The notes under the pieces: model-generated
What the model was told of the DNA's origin: nothing
Seen by the model: only the letters and a program-made list of their open reading frames with translations
Databases searched by the model: none
Made by a program: the position numbers and the translations under genes
Shown here: positions 1 through 14,670 of the stretch, piece after piece
Layout: the number at the start of each line of letters is the position of its first letter
How positions within the stretch are numbered: the first letter of the stretch is position 1
Assembly: GCF_009914755.1 (NCBI RefSeq)
Contig: NC_060929.1
Reading direction: 5' to 3' (one strand)
Origin: the human T2T-CHM13v2.0 reference genome, Homo sapiens
Length of the DNA stretch: 64,000 nt

Positions 1-492
1 TAGGCTAGAATTTCTGTTTCCAATCTTTGGTCAGTCTCTGTGTCTGAGCATTTTCTGGTGTACTCAACTCCCACCCACACCCCGACTGGAGGTCTCTTGC
101 ACACCCCGAGAATCACTTCATCTATCTCTGGCAGTTTTCCCCATGGGAGAATGGAATCACGGATTGGGACACCACACTCGCTTCATATCTAGGATACATC
201 TCAGTCACACACACTCAAACTCCAAAAATGTCCAACTCACCAAGGCAGCACTTATAGTCCAATTTTCCTACCTTTTCTCTTGCACAAGTTTGCCTGGTTC
301 CTGCAGTGCCTGCATTTCTCCCCGTGTCACCTCTGCTGCCTCTAAATAACAGTCTTGGGTTTGTCTAGGTCTCTGCAGAGATCCAGGATGCCTGAACAGA
401 GTGGGCCACCTAAATCAGGTGGGACGTTTCTCCCCTCTGTGCTGGAGTCCCACTACACACAGGCACAGAGATCCCAGGTGGTCCCCCAAGTT
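1..492 (-). mobile_element. ERV internal 5' leader (PBS and degenerate gag start), continues off the left edge
   Basis: On the minus strand the LTR end is followed by AAC-TTGGGGGACCACCTGGGAT, similar to the tRNA-Pro PBS TGGGGGCTCGTCCGGGAT. Positions 24..1 read ATT GGA AAC AGA AAT TCT AGC CTA (IGNRNSSL), like an MGNxxS gag start. Confidence 0.55.
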
Positions 493-951
493 TGTGAGAA
501 ACACATTCACCCAACCAAACCCAAGGAATGGACTCTGAGACATGAAGAACAGTGGAAGCGAGACTTTTAATGGTGGTCTTGCAAGATCAGGTGTCTGGTA
601 GGCAAGCACACCTGGGGCAGTTACAGTAGGTAATTTATCTCCTAACATGCAAGTCCCTCCCCCAGTTCCTCATTGGTCAAATACTAGGGGGTTACAATCT
701 TCCAGAATGTCACCTAAGTTTCATTATCCCCCTTATCAGGTTATACCCTAGCCCCCTTCCCCACTTAAGTTTCAATTTCCCAGTAATGAAACTTTCTTCC
801 CTTTTATGGGCGGACCCCTCCTCTACATTGTGTTCACTTATTGTGACCTTCTAGGTGCATGAGTCATGCAGTTAGTCACATCCGCAGGCTGGCTGCCAGT
901 ACTTAGATTTATCATGCCTTGAAAACGGACCATTTAAAATGTTTTCTCACA
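493..951 (-). mobile_element. ERV LTR (LTR47-like by recall), 5' LTR of the provirus above
   Basis: Terminal inverted repeats TGTGAGAAA...TTTCTCACA, 459 bp, adjacent PBS-like motif. Family name uncertain. Confidence 0.7.
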
Positions 952-954
952 GAG

Positions 955-1530
955 GAGCAAAAGGGACAGCAAGGAGACAGTTGGGAAGATGTATTAATAG
1001 CCCAGGCAAAAAGAACTGTGGCTAGAACTAAGCAAAAACTGAGAACCAATCAAACTCGATTTTTTTTTTTGAAGGCTAAATCTATAAGATTTGCTGATGA
1101 ATTGGGTATCGGTGATGATTAAAAAAGAGAATCAAGGATTACTCTTGACTCTGCTTGAGCAACTGGGTGGAGAGCTGGCTTATCAACAGAAATAGGAAAG
1201 TTGGATGGAGAAGAGAATCAGGCTTTCTTCTTAGGGCATTTCAGTGTGGCTGCCTAGGAAATGTCTAAGTGGATGTATCAAGTGAGCAGTTGGGCTACAT
1301 TATTTCTCACTTCAGTGAGGAAGTCTGAACTACTGTTATAAAAAGAGAAGCTAAGAGAAGAAAATGTTTCAAGTTGGAAGGAGTAAACAACTTCATGGAA
1401 TTCTGTTCAAAGAAGCCTGAGCACAGAGAAATAAGCACTATATTTGGAAATTCGATTATCCTGACAAAAGGATTTTCAATGGGTGGTGGGGATGGAATCC
1501 TAACGGGAGTGGACTGAGGCAGCAATAGAG
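955..1530 (-). mobile_element. L2 LINE fragment
   Basis: Typical L2 motifs: AGATTTGCTGATGAATTGG, TGAGCAACTGGGTGG, AAGTGGATGTATCAAGTGAGCAGTTGG. Confidence 0.7.
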
Positions 1531-1599
1531 GTTGCTGAAAAGGAGATTGTGATGGATGTGGTTTTAATTTGCAGTTTCCTGATGCTGACTGCCTTTTCA

Positions 1600-2340
1600 A
1601 GTGCTATTGATGATGTGTATATTTGTGTGTGTGTGTGTGTGTGAAGGGTTATTCAAATCTTTCAGTCATTTTGAGGGTTTTTTTTTTAATTGACTTATAG
1701 GACTTCTTTACATATTCTAGATACAATTCTTTTTGGCAAAATACAGTTTTTGCAAATATTTTTTCCATTCTGTGTCTTGCCTCTTTATTTCATGAATGTT
1801 GTTCTTTGCAAAAAATATGTATATTAATTTTGATGAAGCCCAAATTTATCCATTTTTTTCCTTTCATAAATAGTGCTTTTTATTAGAACTGCTGAGAAAT
1901 CTAGCCTACCCTTACCTTTCATGAAAAAGTTCTTCTGACTTCTACAAACATTATGGTCCTGATTTCAGCTTTTATATACAACATATAATCCATCCAAGTC
2001 TGCTAAATGTGTCTACTTTTTTATCTATCGCTTATTTATCTGCTTCTGATTGTCTGTGTGTTCTTTATAATTATGCCTCTGCTACCTATATTTCAAAGCA
2101 TTAAGATTGCCTTATTTTCAAACTTTCTATGTATAATGTAGAAAATGTATTGCCACACTTTCATTTTATCCATTCAGAGGATGAATCTTTTGATAAATTT
2201 GACCTTTTTACATATATATTAATAGTGTGATAGTGGTACTTTTTATATAATTTTATGTTTTATGTACTTTTTATTCATTTTTTCTCCTTTCCTGATTTCT
2301 ACTGAATAGATTTGAATTATTTTCTGTCTGTTTAACACTT
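1600..2340 (-). mobile_element. Old L1M fragments with a (TG)n microsatellite
   Basis: TTCTTTACATATTCTAGATAC and TTGCAAATATTTTTTCCATTCTGTG are antisense L1 ORF2 3' motifs. Confidence 0.6.
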
Positions 2341-2342
2341 TT

Positions 2343-2811
2343 TAAATAGGAGGCGGAGTTCAGACACCAGACCAAAATGATGACTAGCTAAAACAGGTCC
2401 AGGTGGAAGCAGATTTCTATAAAACATGCCCACTGGTATGCCATGTCAGTTTACCATTGCCATGGCAACACTGGGCGGTTATTGTCCCTTTCCATGGCAA
2501 TGACCTTGACAACCTGGAAGTTGACACCCTTTTCCTAAAATTTTCTGCATAAACCACCTATTAATTTGCATATAATTAGAAGTGGGTATAAATATTGAGT
2601 TCAAAACCACCTCTGAGCTGCTATTCTGGGCACACTGTCTATGGGGTAGCCCTGCTCCACAAAGAGTTATGCATCTGCTGCTGCTGTACAGTGCCGCTTC
2701 ATTCAAAATTGCTGTTTTATACCAGTGACCTGCCCTAGAATTCTTTCTTAAGTGAAGTCACGAACGCTCCCAAGCTAATCCCCAATTTTGGAGCTTGCCT
2801 GTCCTGTATCA
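2343..2811 (+). mobile_element. MER66B-like solo LTR (ERV1)
   Basis: GACTAGCTAAAACAGG, TTGCCATGGCAAC, TTAATTTGCATAT, GGGTATAAAT, and end CCTGTATCA. Clearly homologous to the two MER66C copies downstream. Confidence 0.8.
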
Positions 2812-2903
2812 TTTATATATACTAATTTCCTTTATGCTGGCTGTCTTTAACATCCTGTATCACTTATATATACTAATTTCCCTTATGCTGGCTGTCTTTA
2901 ACA
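2802..2903. repeat. 51-bp tandem duplication spanning the LTR 3' junction
   Basis: 2802-2852 versus 2853-2903, 2 mismatches. Confidence 0.95.
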
Positions 2904-3215
2904 TAAATGTATAATCATATATACTAACTCACATCAATGTATTAAAATTATTAATATCTTCTCCCTAACAAGATAAGTACTTTCCTCACTCTCATTTTTT
3001 AGCTGAAAAGCCTCACATATTTTATTACTCATAATTTCTTATAGTATCTCCAGGTTTCTTTCTCTTGCAGCATCAAAACTTTTCAAAAGAGTTTTCAATG
3101 TGGATTTTTATATACCTATAAATATTTTTATTATTTACAAACATTTGAGTAAAATATGGCCAAATATAAAATTCTAAGTTCACATTCTTTTACATTAAAA
3201 TATCATTAAAATACT

Positions 3216-3498
3216 TAAAGTAGCAAATATGTATGATGAACAAATCTAGAGATCTAATGTACAACATGAAGACTATAGGTACTAAAATTATACTGTGTAT
3301 GGGATTTATTCTAAATGAGTACATTTTAGATGCTGTTGCCACAAAACAAAAATAAAGTTGATAACTATGTGAGATAATGAATATGTTAATTTGCTTCACT
3401 ATAGTAATCATTTTACTGTCTATATGTATCCTATCATAATATCATGTTTTATACCTTAAATATACACAATAAAATGTATTGAAAATAAATAAATAAAA
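3216..3498 (+). mobile_element. L1MB-type 3' end
   Basis: AGATCTAATGTACAACATG...AACTATGTGAGATAATGAATATGTTAATTTGC...AATAAA with A-rich tail. Confidence 0.7.
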
Positions 3499-3726
3499 TC
3501 ACACTTTGTTATTTTATTTTCATTAAAGAATTACACACATACAAAATGGTGCAAAATCATAAAGGTACAGCTCAATGAATTAGCTCAAATGAAATACACT
3601 CATGTTAGATGAAAAAATAGAACATTTCTAACATCTGCAAATCCCTGGTCATAGCTCCTCCAATCACCACTCCTTCAACCTCCTGAAATGTATCCACTAT
3701 CCTACTTCTAATATAACAGATTAGAC

Positions 3727-3767
<41 letters not shown>

Positions 3768-3786
3768 GTAATGAATAGAATCATAT

Positions 3787-4606
<820 letters not shown>

Positions 4607-4782
4607 TCTGGCAGCAATAAAAGGATGAAGATGGCAAGCGAGAGGCAGTGACAAACACAGCAGTATGACAGCAGAGACAGCAGCAATCGTAGTCTTTTGG
4701 CAACTGTATTTATAAGATGGATCTCCACCATTCTGCAGCCCCCTTATGATTAAGGAGGAGTATCTAATCTCCAAGGGAAGAA

Positions 4783-5691
4783 TGAGGTAGGAGACCCACA
4801 GGACTTGTTTTCTTGTCACAAATATGCTGATCAAAACAGGATCTGGTCCAGACAGGATAAAGTGAAAAAACTGGCAGAAACCAGCAAATGGGGATGAAAG
4901 CAATCCCTGGCTGCCCTCATTACTCATTAGCATAAGACACTCCTATCAGTGCCATGACAGTTTACACATGCAATGGCAATGACCCAGAAGTTACTTTTCC
5001 TAAAAAATTCTAAATAACCTACCCCTCAATTTGCATTGACCCACCCCTTAATTTGCCTGTAAGTGAAAGTGGATTTACATGAGTATAAATGCAGTTACCA
5101 AAAGCCCATACATTGCCAACTCCGGGCACGTTGCCTGAGGAGTTAGCCCTGCCCAGCAAGAAATAACCACTCAATAAAAATTTGCTGTCGAATACTACTT
5201 GCTCACCCTTAATTTTTTTCCTTGGTGCATTAGTCCATTCTCACATTGCTATAAAGAAACTCTTCAGACCAGGTAATTTATAAAGAAAAGAGGTTTAATT
5301 GGCTCACAGTTCTGCAGTCTGTATGGGAAGCATGATGGCATCTGCTTGGCTTCACGGGAGGCCCACAGAAACTTACAATCATGCCAAAGGTGAAGGGGGA
5401 TTAGGCACATCACATGGCCAGAGCAGGAGCAAGAGAGACAGGGGGAGATGCTACACAGTTTTAAATGACCAGATCTCAAGAGAACTCACTCACTATTGGA
5501 AGGATAGTACCAAGGGATGGTACTAAACCATTCCTGAGAAAACCACCCCCATTAACCAATCACTTCCCACCAATCCTACTTCCAGCATTGGGGATTACAA
5601 TTCAATATGAGATTTGGGAAGGGACAACATCCAAACTATATCACTGGATGAAACCAAAAACACTGCAGGATAAGCCCCAATTTGGGGGCTT
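4783..5691 (+). mobile_element. MER66C-like 3' LTR (interrupted by MST)
   Basis: TGAGGTAGGAGACC start preceded by polypurine AAGGGAAGAA. LTR sequence resumes at 5644. Confidence 0.85.
5226..5643 (-). mobile_element. MSTA/MSTB solo LTR (MaLR)
   Basis: TGCATTAGTCCATTCTCACATTGCTATAAAG...CCAAACTATATCA. Degenerate 5-bp TSD CTTGG/CTGGA. Confidence 0.9.
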
Positions 5692-6314
5692 TTAAAATTG
5701 TGAAATTATATATGATTAACTCATGTTCATTTATAAAATCATAAATTACGCAGCACACTTTTGGTAGATTACAATTCCTCTTTCAAATATGCTGCTGGGT
5801 TTTGTTACTATGCATTTTCTTTCTCCTGGTTGTCACTTACTGATGTCTTGGCCATAAGGAAGGTAAAATGAGAAAGTGGATCAACTAAAGGTCAGATGAG
5901 TCTTGGATCTCAAATAGAAATTTCAAAGAGAAGGTACAGAATACAGCAATGATTAGTAATCCACCTCTCAATTAGATTTAATTTCAAAAAGAAAGTTTCA
6001 GAGAATACAACCTAAATTATTTTACTACCAGTATTTTCCTAGTCACACTGTAGGTTGGCTTAAGTTAAACATGGTAAGTAAATAATTATTTCTTTTGGTA
6101 GACCATTCACTTGGTAAGCAAAGAAATAAAAATTTGCCCCATGACAATTGCATTAACTTCCAATTTGGGGACAATTATATATCAACATTGCATACAGCAT
6201 ATCTTTCAGTAATTACCCATACTGATGATCTTCTATTTTATTGTCCCAGAGACCACTAGTTGCTAACTGAATTTTTCTTCTGCTCCTTCCCTAGGATTAG
6301 AACACATTTTCTTT

Positions 6315-9300
6315 TCCTGCTGCAACTGCCTTATGGTAAAGCAGCTAGGTTGTTTCCCATGTGGGTCTCTGCCCCTGCAACTCCTCACTGGTCAGGACCT
6401 GCTGACCTGGGGCCACAGCACAGTCACACTACCCACACCTGAGCACTCCGGCAGGTGGCAGCTCTGCATTTCTCTGAGACAGAGCTCCTAGAGGTAACAG
6501 ACCAGCCTGTCATTTTTGCCACTGCTGAAACACGTCTCGCCACCTGCCCAGTCTCTTTTTCCTGTGAGCCCCTGAACCCCTGCTTTTCACCAGGCAGGGC
6601 CCCTGGCTCAGGCCTGTAGTGCAGCTGCCCCATCTCTGGCTGAACATTCCCATTAGTACAGCTCTAGATTTTACTGTGGTGGAGATCCCAGAGACAACTC
6701 TAAGTCCTTCTACCACTGACACTGTAGCAGTACCACCCTCGCTGCACTCCGTCTGGGAAACAAAGACTCTGATTGCTTTGCTGGCACTTCCAGTACTCTG
6801 TAGCTGCCATACAGAGAGGAGTCCGGTTTTTCTTCCCTGTGAGCCCCTGCCGCCCCTGCTCTTCACCAGGCAGGGCCGTCAGCTCAGGTACACAGTGCAG
6901 TTGCCGCATACCTAGCTAAACATTACCACTGGCAGTGGCTCTGTGTCTCCCTGGGATGGAGACCCAGGATGGCGGCCCCCACCTTTGCTGCAACCAAGCT
7001 GAGAAAGGAAGAACCTGGGTGCTTTACTCGTACTTCCAGCAAGCCATGGCTGCCTTACAGAGAAGATGTTAGAGTAGGTAGCTAGGCAGACATGAGAAGG
7101 GCAGGAGAGGGTACCTCCAAGGAATTTCAGGCAGCCATCAGGTGATGATCAGGTGCTTGTTAAACTGTCTCTCTATAATAATAATTGGTTACAGCTGGCA
7201 CCAAGGAACGGTCATTTCAATAGATAGAAAACACCTGAAGCTGGTGATTAGTAGCTTCCCAATAAGATCTCAGGAGTTGGGTGAGTGGGCTCAAGCATGT
7301 GCACTAAGAGGCAAAATGGAGGAGCTTAACTGGTGTATGACCTTCCTCTAGGAACACTCAACTGGTAAGGGAAAATCTCCTCAAATGAGTATACACACAA
7401 CTTCAGTAACCACATTGCACATGTGGCCCCTCCTAGGTGCTGGCAGGCTGCTGCACAGGTGAACAGCCCACCCCATGGGAAGAATCAGGGGAGAAGAGAC
7501 GCAACCATGCCTATGTATAAAACCCTAAGTCAAAGGCCAAATATCATGCTTTGATCTCTCAAGTCACCCACTTGGTCCTCTTCCAAGTGTACTTTACTCC
7601 CTTTTGTTCTTGCTCTAAAACTTTTTAATAAACTTTCACTCCTGCTCTAAAACTTGCCTCTGTCTCTCACTCTGCCTTATGACCCTTGGATGAATTCTTT
7701 CCTTCAAGGAGGCAAGAATCAAGTTGCTGCAGACCCATATAGAATCCTCACTGCTAACAAAGAGGCCAGATTGTATTTCCTGTAATCCCTCCACCACCGC
7801 TGCTCTTCACCATGCAGGGCCCCCTGGCTTAGGCCCACAGCACAGTTGCCACACTGGGCTTATCATTCTAATAAGAATAGGCAGCAGCTCTGCATTTCTC
7901 TGTGGTGGAGCCCCAAGAGACAAGTAAAAGGCCTTCTGCCATTGCCACTGCCAAGGTCCCTTCCCCTGCAACCCCCAAGCTTGAGGAAACAAAAAGCTTG
8001 AACTCTCTCAGGAATGTAATGCACAGCAAGGGAGTCCAAGCTAAGATCTGTAGCCAGCATTCACATGGGAGAGGAGCACACACTCTCAGAGCACTGAGAG
8101 GGATCATGGCTGCAATCATGAGGAAATACAGAAGAGTGACATGGCTAAGATCCTACCTACTGACCATTATGCTTAAGTGACATCAACTGGATCACAGCCC
8201 AAACTTCAACACCAAAAATTACTTTGCTAATATACCCTCCTGTGAAACCAGGTACAAAAATTCAGCCACAAATAAAGACCTTGCACAAAGCCTCAGCCTC
8301 TGAAAACATCCAGAAACTAAGTCAACTGACTATACTCAAATTACACCACAGTTAAAGGAACATCAGCTCACACAGATTAGAAAGAACCAGCACAAGATCT
8401 CTAGCAAATTTTAAAGCCAGAGTCTCTCCTTACCTCCAAAGGGCAGCACTATCTCCCCAGCAATGGTTCTTAACCAGACTGAAATAGGTGAAATGACAGA
8501 CACAGAATTCAGGATCTGAATGACCACAAAGATGATCAAGTTTCAAGAAAAGTTGAAACCAATTAGAATGAATCTAAGGAATTCAGTAAAATGATTCAAA
8601 AGAAGAAAGATGAAATAGCCACTTAAAGAAAGAAACAAACTAAGCTGATAGAGCTGAAAAACTTGCTACAAGAATTTCATAACACAATCAGAAGTATTAA
8701 CAGCACAATAGATCAAGCTGAGGAAAGAACCTCAGAGCTCAAAGAACAGTTATTCCAATTAACTCAGTCAGACAAACATAAAGAAAAAAATGTAAAAATT
8801 ATCACCTCTGAGAAATATGGGATTGTTTAGAGACAAAATCTATGACTCACTGGCATTCCTGAAAGAGAGAGGAGATCAAACAACTAGAAAAAATAATATT
8901 TGAGTCTATTGTTCATAAAAATTTTCCCAATCTTGCTAGAAATGTCAATATGCAAATTCAGGAACTTCAGAGAACCTCTGCAATACATAGTATAAGACAA
9001 ACATCCCCAGCACACATAGTCTTCAGATTATTCAAGGTCGATGTGAAAGAAAAATTATGGAAAGTGGCTAGAGAAAATGGGCAAGTCACCTACAAAGGGA
9101 ACTCCACAGGGCTAACAACAGTGGACCTTTCAGCAAAAACCCTGCAAGCCAGAAGAGATTTGGGGCCTATATTCAGTATTCTTCAAGAAAAGAAATTTCA
9201 ACCAAAAATTTCATATCTGACCAAACTAAGCTTCATAAGCAAAGGAGAAATAAATTTTTTTAAGACAAGTAAGTACAAAGTAAATTTGTTATCATCAGAC

Positions 9301-12300
9301 CTTCCTTACATGTCCTTAAGGAAGTGTTATACATGGAAACAAAACACATTGAATGTAAATGAGCTAACCACCCCACTTAAAAGGCAGAGTGAAAAACTGA
9401 ATAAAGAACCAAGACTCAACTGTATGCTGTCTTCAAGAGACCCATTTCACATGGAAAGATATCCACAGGCTTGAAGTAAAGGGATGGAGAAAGATTAAGC
9501 AAATGGAAAACAGAAAAAGGCAGGGATTGCCCTTCTTATTTCAGACAAAACAAACATTAAACCAACAATGATCAAAAAGGACAAAGAAGGACATTAAATA
9601 ATGATAAAGGGGTCAATTCAACAAGAATACCTAACTATCCTAAATATATATTCACTGAACACAGGCACACCCAGATTTATAAAGCAACTTCTTAGAAATC
9701 TATGAAGAGAATTAGATAACCACACAATGATAGTAGGAGCCCTCAACATCCCACTGACAATTTTGGACAAATCATCAAGGCAGAATACTAACAAAGATAT
9801 CTGGAACCTAAACTTAATGCTGATCAAATGGACCTAACAGACATCTACAGAACACTACCCCCAACAAGAACAGAAAATACATTCTTCTCATTTGCACATG
9901 GTACATACTTTAAAATTGACCACACACTTGACCATAACGCAATTCTCAGCAAATCCAAAAAAACAAAAATGATACCAATCGCACTCTTGGACCACAGCAT
10001 GATACAAATGAAAATTAATACCAACAAGAGCTTTCAAAACCATAAAAATATGGAAATTAACAACTTGTTCCTAAATGACTTTGGGTAAAGAATAAAATTA
10101 AGGCAAAAATAAAAAAAATCTTTAAAACTAATGAAAATAAAGGCACAACATACCAGAATCTCTGGGAGACAGCTAAAGCACAGTAAAGAAGAAAGTTTAT
10201 AGCACTAAATGCTTACATTAAAAAGTTAGAAAGGTCTCCAATTAATAACCTAACATTACACCTAGCAGAACCAGAAAAACAGGAGCAATCTAATCCCAAA
10301 GCTAGCAAAAGAAAAAATAATAACCAAAATCAGAGGTGAACTGAATGGAATAAAGATGAGAAAAATCATACAAAAGATCAACAAAACTAAAAATTGGTTC
10401 TTGGAAAGAATAAATAAGATAGATAGATAGATCGACTGCTAACTAAACAAAGAAAAAAATGGAGAAGATCCAAATAAACACAATTAGAAATGAAAAGGCA
10501 ATATTACCACTGACCACATACAAATACAAAAAACACTCAGGGACTACTACAAACACCTCTATGCACACAATCTAGAAAACCTAAAAGAAATGGATAAACT
10601 TTTAGAAACATACAACCTCCCAAGATTGAACCAGGAAGAAATTGAAACTCTGAACAGATCAATAACAAATTCCAAAATTGAATCAGTAATAAGAAACCTA
10701 CCAAAAAAAATGCTCTAGACTATATAGATTCACAGCCAAATTTTACCAAATATATAAAGGAGAGCTTGTACCAATCCTACCAAAAGTATTGTAAATAATT
10801 GAGGAGGAGGGATTCCTACCTAACTCATTCTATGAGGCCAGCATCATTCTGATACCAAAACCTGGCAGAGACACAACATGAAAGGAAAACTTCAGGGCAA
10901 TATCCCTGATTAACATAGATTCAAAAATCCTCAATAAAATACTAGCAATCTGAATCCAGCATCACATCAAATAGCTAGTCCACCATGATAAAGTAGGCTT
11001 TGTCCCTAGGAAGCAAGTTTGGTTCAACACAAACAAATCAATGAATGTGATTCATCACATAAATAAAACTAAAGAAACAAAACACATTATCATTTCAGTA
11101 GATGCAGAAAAGGCTTTCAATAAAATTCAACATCACTTCATGTTAAAAATTCTCAACAAACTAGGCATCAAAGGAACATATCTCAAAATAATGAGAGGTA
11201 TCTATGAAAGACTCACAGCCAACATCACACTAAATGAGCAAAAGTTGGAAGATTCCCCTTGAGAACTAGAACAGGATAAGGATACTCACTCTCACCACTG
11301 CTATTCAACATAGTACTTGAAGTCCTAGCAGAACAAGCAGTCAAGAGAAAAAATAAAATGCATACAAATAGGATGAAAGGAAATCAAACTATCCCTCTTC
11401 ACAAAAGATATGATTCTGTACCTAAAAGCCCTCATAGTCTCTGCCCAAAGGTTCTTAGTTCTGTTAAACAACTTCAGCAAAGTTTCAGGATACAAAATCA
11501 ATGTTCAAAAATCAGTAGCATTTCCGTACACCAATAATGTCAATAACCTCTAAGCTGAGAGCCAAATCAAGAACGCAATCCCATTCACAATGGCCACAAA
11601 AGGAATAAAATACCTAGGAACAGAGCTAGCCAAGGAGGTGAATGATCTCTACAATGAGAATTACAAAATACTACTTACAAAAATCAGACATGACACAAAC
11701 AAATGAAAAAACATTCTATGTTCATGGATAGGAAGAATCAATATTGTTAAAATGGACATACTGCAGAAAGCAATTTATAGATATTTACAGGTTCAATGCT
11801 ATACCTATCAAACTACCAATGACATTTTCCACAGAATTAGAAAAAAATATTCTAAAATTCAGTTAGAACCAAAAAAGGGCCTGAATAGCTAAAGCAACCC
11901 TAAGCAAAAGGAACTATACTAAAAGGCTACAGTAATCAAAACAGCATGGTACTTGGTATAAAAACAAACACAGACCAATGGAAGAGATTAGAGAACCCAG
12001 AAATAAAGCAAGCCACACACCTACCATTATCTGATCTTTGACAAACTGGACAATAACAAGCATTGGGGAAAGGACTCCCTATTCAATAAATGGTGCTGGG
12101 ATAACTGATTAGCCATATGCAGAAGAATAAAACTGGATCCCTATCTTATACTATATACAAAAATCAACTCAAGATAGATCAAAGTCTTAAATGTGAAACC
12201 TAAAATTATAAAAACCCTAGAAGAAAACCTAGGAAATACCATTCTGGACATCAGGCCTGACAAAAATTTCATGACAAAGACTCTAAAAGCAATTGCAACA

Positions 12301-13360
12301 AAACAAAAATAGGCAAGTGAGACCTAATTAAACTAAAGAGCTTCTGCACAGCAAAAACAAACTATCAATAGAGTAAACGACAATCTACAGAATGGGAGAA
12401 AACATTTGCAAACTATTCATGCACCCAACAAAGGTCTAATATCTAGAATGTATAAGGAGCTTAAACAAATCCACAATTAACAAACAACCCACCCCATTTT
12501 TTAAAAATGGGCAAAGGATATGAACAAACACTTCTCAAAGGAAGACACACATGCAGCCAACAAGCATATGAAAAAATGCTCAATATCACTAATCACTAGG
12601 GAAATGCAAATCAAAACCATAATGAAATACCATCTCACACCACTCAGAATGGCTATTATTAAAAGTCAAAAAATAACAGATGCTGGCAAGGTTGCAGAGA
12701 AAAGGAAACTCTTACACACTGCTGGTGGGAATGTAAATTAGACACTGTGGAAAGCAGTCTGAAGATTTATCAAAGAACTTGTAACAGAACTTCGATTTGA
12801 CCCAGTAATCCCATTACTGTGTATATGCCCAAAGGAATATAAATCATTCTATCACACAGACACATGCACACATATGTTCATTGCAGCACTGTTTACAATG
12901 ACAATGAATGACATGGAATCAACTTAGATGCTTATCAATGGGTGAACTGGATAAAGAAAATGTGGTACAGATATACCATGGAGTACTATGTATTCATAAA
13001 GAAAAATGAGATCATGACTTTTGCAGCAACATGAGTGGAGCTGGAAGACGTTATCCTAAGCGAATTAATGCAGGAACAGAAAACCAAACACCCAAATGCC
13101 ACATGTTCTCACTTATAAATTTGAGCTAACTATTGAGTACACATGGTCACAAAGAAGGGAACAATAGACACTTGGGTCTACTTGAGGATGGAGGGTGGGA
13201 GGAGGCTGAGGATTGAAAAACTGTCTCTCAGATATTATGATGACTACCTGGGTGACAACATTATTTGTACACCAAAACCCCATGACACACAATTTATCCA
13301 TGCAACCCACCTACACATGTATCCCTTGAATGCAAAATACAAGTTGGAAAGAAAAAAAAT
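6315..13360 (+). mobile_element. Near full-length L1PA15/16-type LINE-1, ORFs disrupted
   Basis: GC-richer 5' UTR, ORF1 remnant (8950-9474), EN and RT remnants (9828-10088, 11041-11262), 3' UTR and A tail. Many stops and frameshifts. Confidence 0.92.
7067..7759 (+). mobile_element. MER50 solo LTR inserted in the L1 5' UTR
   Basis: TGTTAGAGTAGGTAG...GCTAACA, TATA and AATAAA present, 4-bp TSD AAGA. Confidence 0.9.
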
Positions 13361-13399
13361 GTTTTAAGAACTCTTTTTTAAAAACATTATGCACCTGCA

Positions 13400-13780
13400 T
13401 TTAAACCTGTATTTCCCAGCTTTCTTTAGAAATAGTAGTAGCCAATGAGATAAAAGCAGATAGTTAATTGTAAGCAGGTATTTAGAGAAATGTTCTTTAG
13501 AGTTGGCTCACTATATTTGAAATGTGTCCCTTTACGTTTACCCTTCCTTCTTCATGCCTCAAAGAAGAAAACCTCTGTCATCATGGTTCCTTGAGGCTAT
13601 TTTGGGAGATGAAAAAGGGCAAACAAAAGAGAAGTTGGGTAACCATACCATACTAGTATATTCGGGGGCTGCTAACAATAACTGCATGCAATTTGATTCT
13701 CATAACTTTCATTCAGAGCTCTCTACATTAATTATAACCTCCCATCTCTGTATATTTACAAAAATAACTCACAAGGTAAA
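13400..13780 (+). mobile_element. Degenerate ERVL LTR (LTR33/LTR16-like)
   Basis: TATTTCCCAGCTTTCTTT...GCCAATGAGATAAAAGCAGA motif. Confidence 0.4.
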
Positions 13781-13943
13781 ATTTAAGTTTTGAAATATAA
13801 AAACAAAAAATGTAAGTTATTATTCTAAACATAGCTATAATTTTGTGATTTAATACGAAGTACTAAAGTATAATAGTCCATTTATAATATAACAGCACAA
13901 AAAGATTCATTGTCTTCTTCATGGAATATATCTATATCTTTAG

Positions 13944-13944
<1 letters not shown>

Positions 13945-13982
<38 letters not shown>

Positions 13983-14009
13983 GGCGCGCGTGCGCACGCG
14001 CATGCACGT
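13945..14009. repeat. (TG)n(CG)n alternating purine-pyrimidine tract
   Basis: Read directly: (TG)15 followed by CGCGCGCGGGCGCGCGTGCGCACGCGCATGCACGT. Confidence 0.95.
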
Positions 14010-14212
14010 TCAGGTTCAGGTTTCTAAATTATTTTTGACTATGTTCCAGTGGACACTTGTGACCTACTTGCAAACAAAAGCACAAGAAAACACTTTCACC
14101 TCTAGTTTGCAATATTATCAATATTTTGGCTCCTGCTTAGTTTTTAGATACTTTGTGCTAATATTTCCCAAAGTTACATCTCATGATTCATCATAGTTTA
14201 GATAATGTTTAA

Positions 14213-14670
<458 letters not shown>

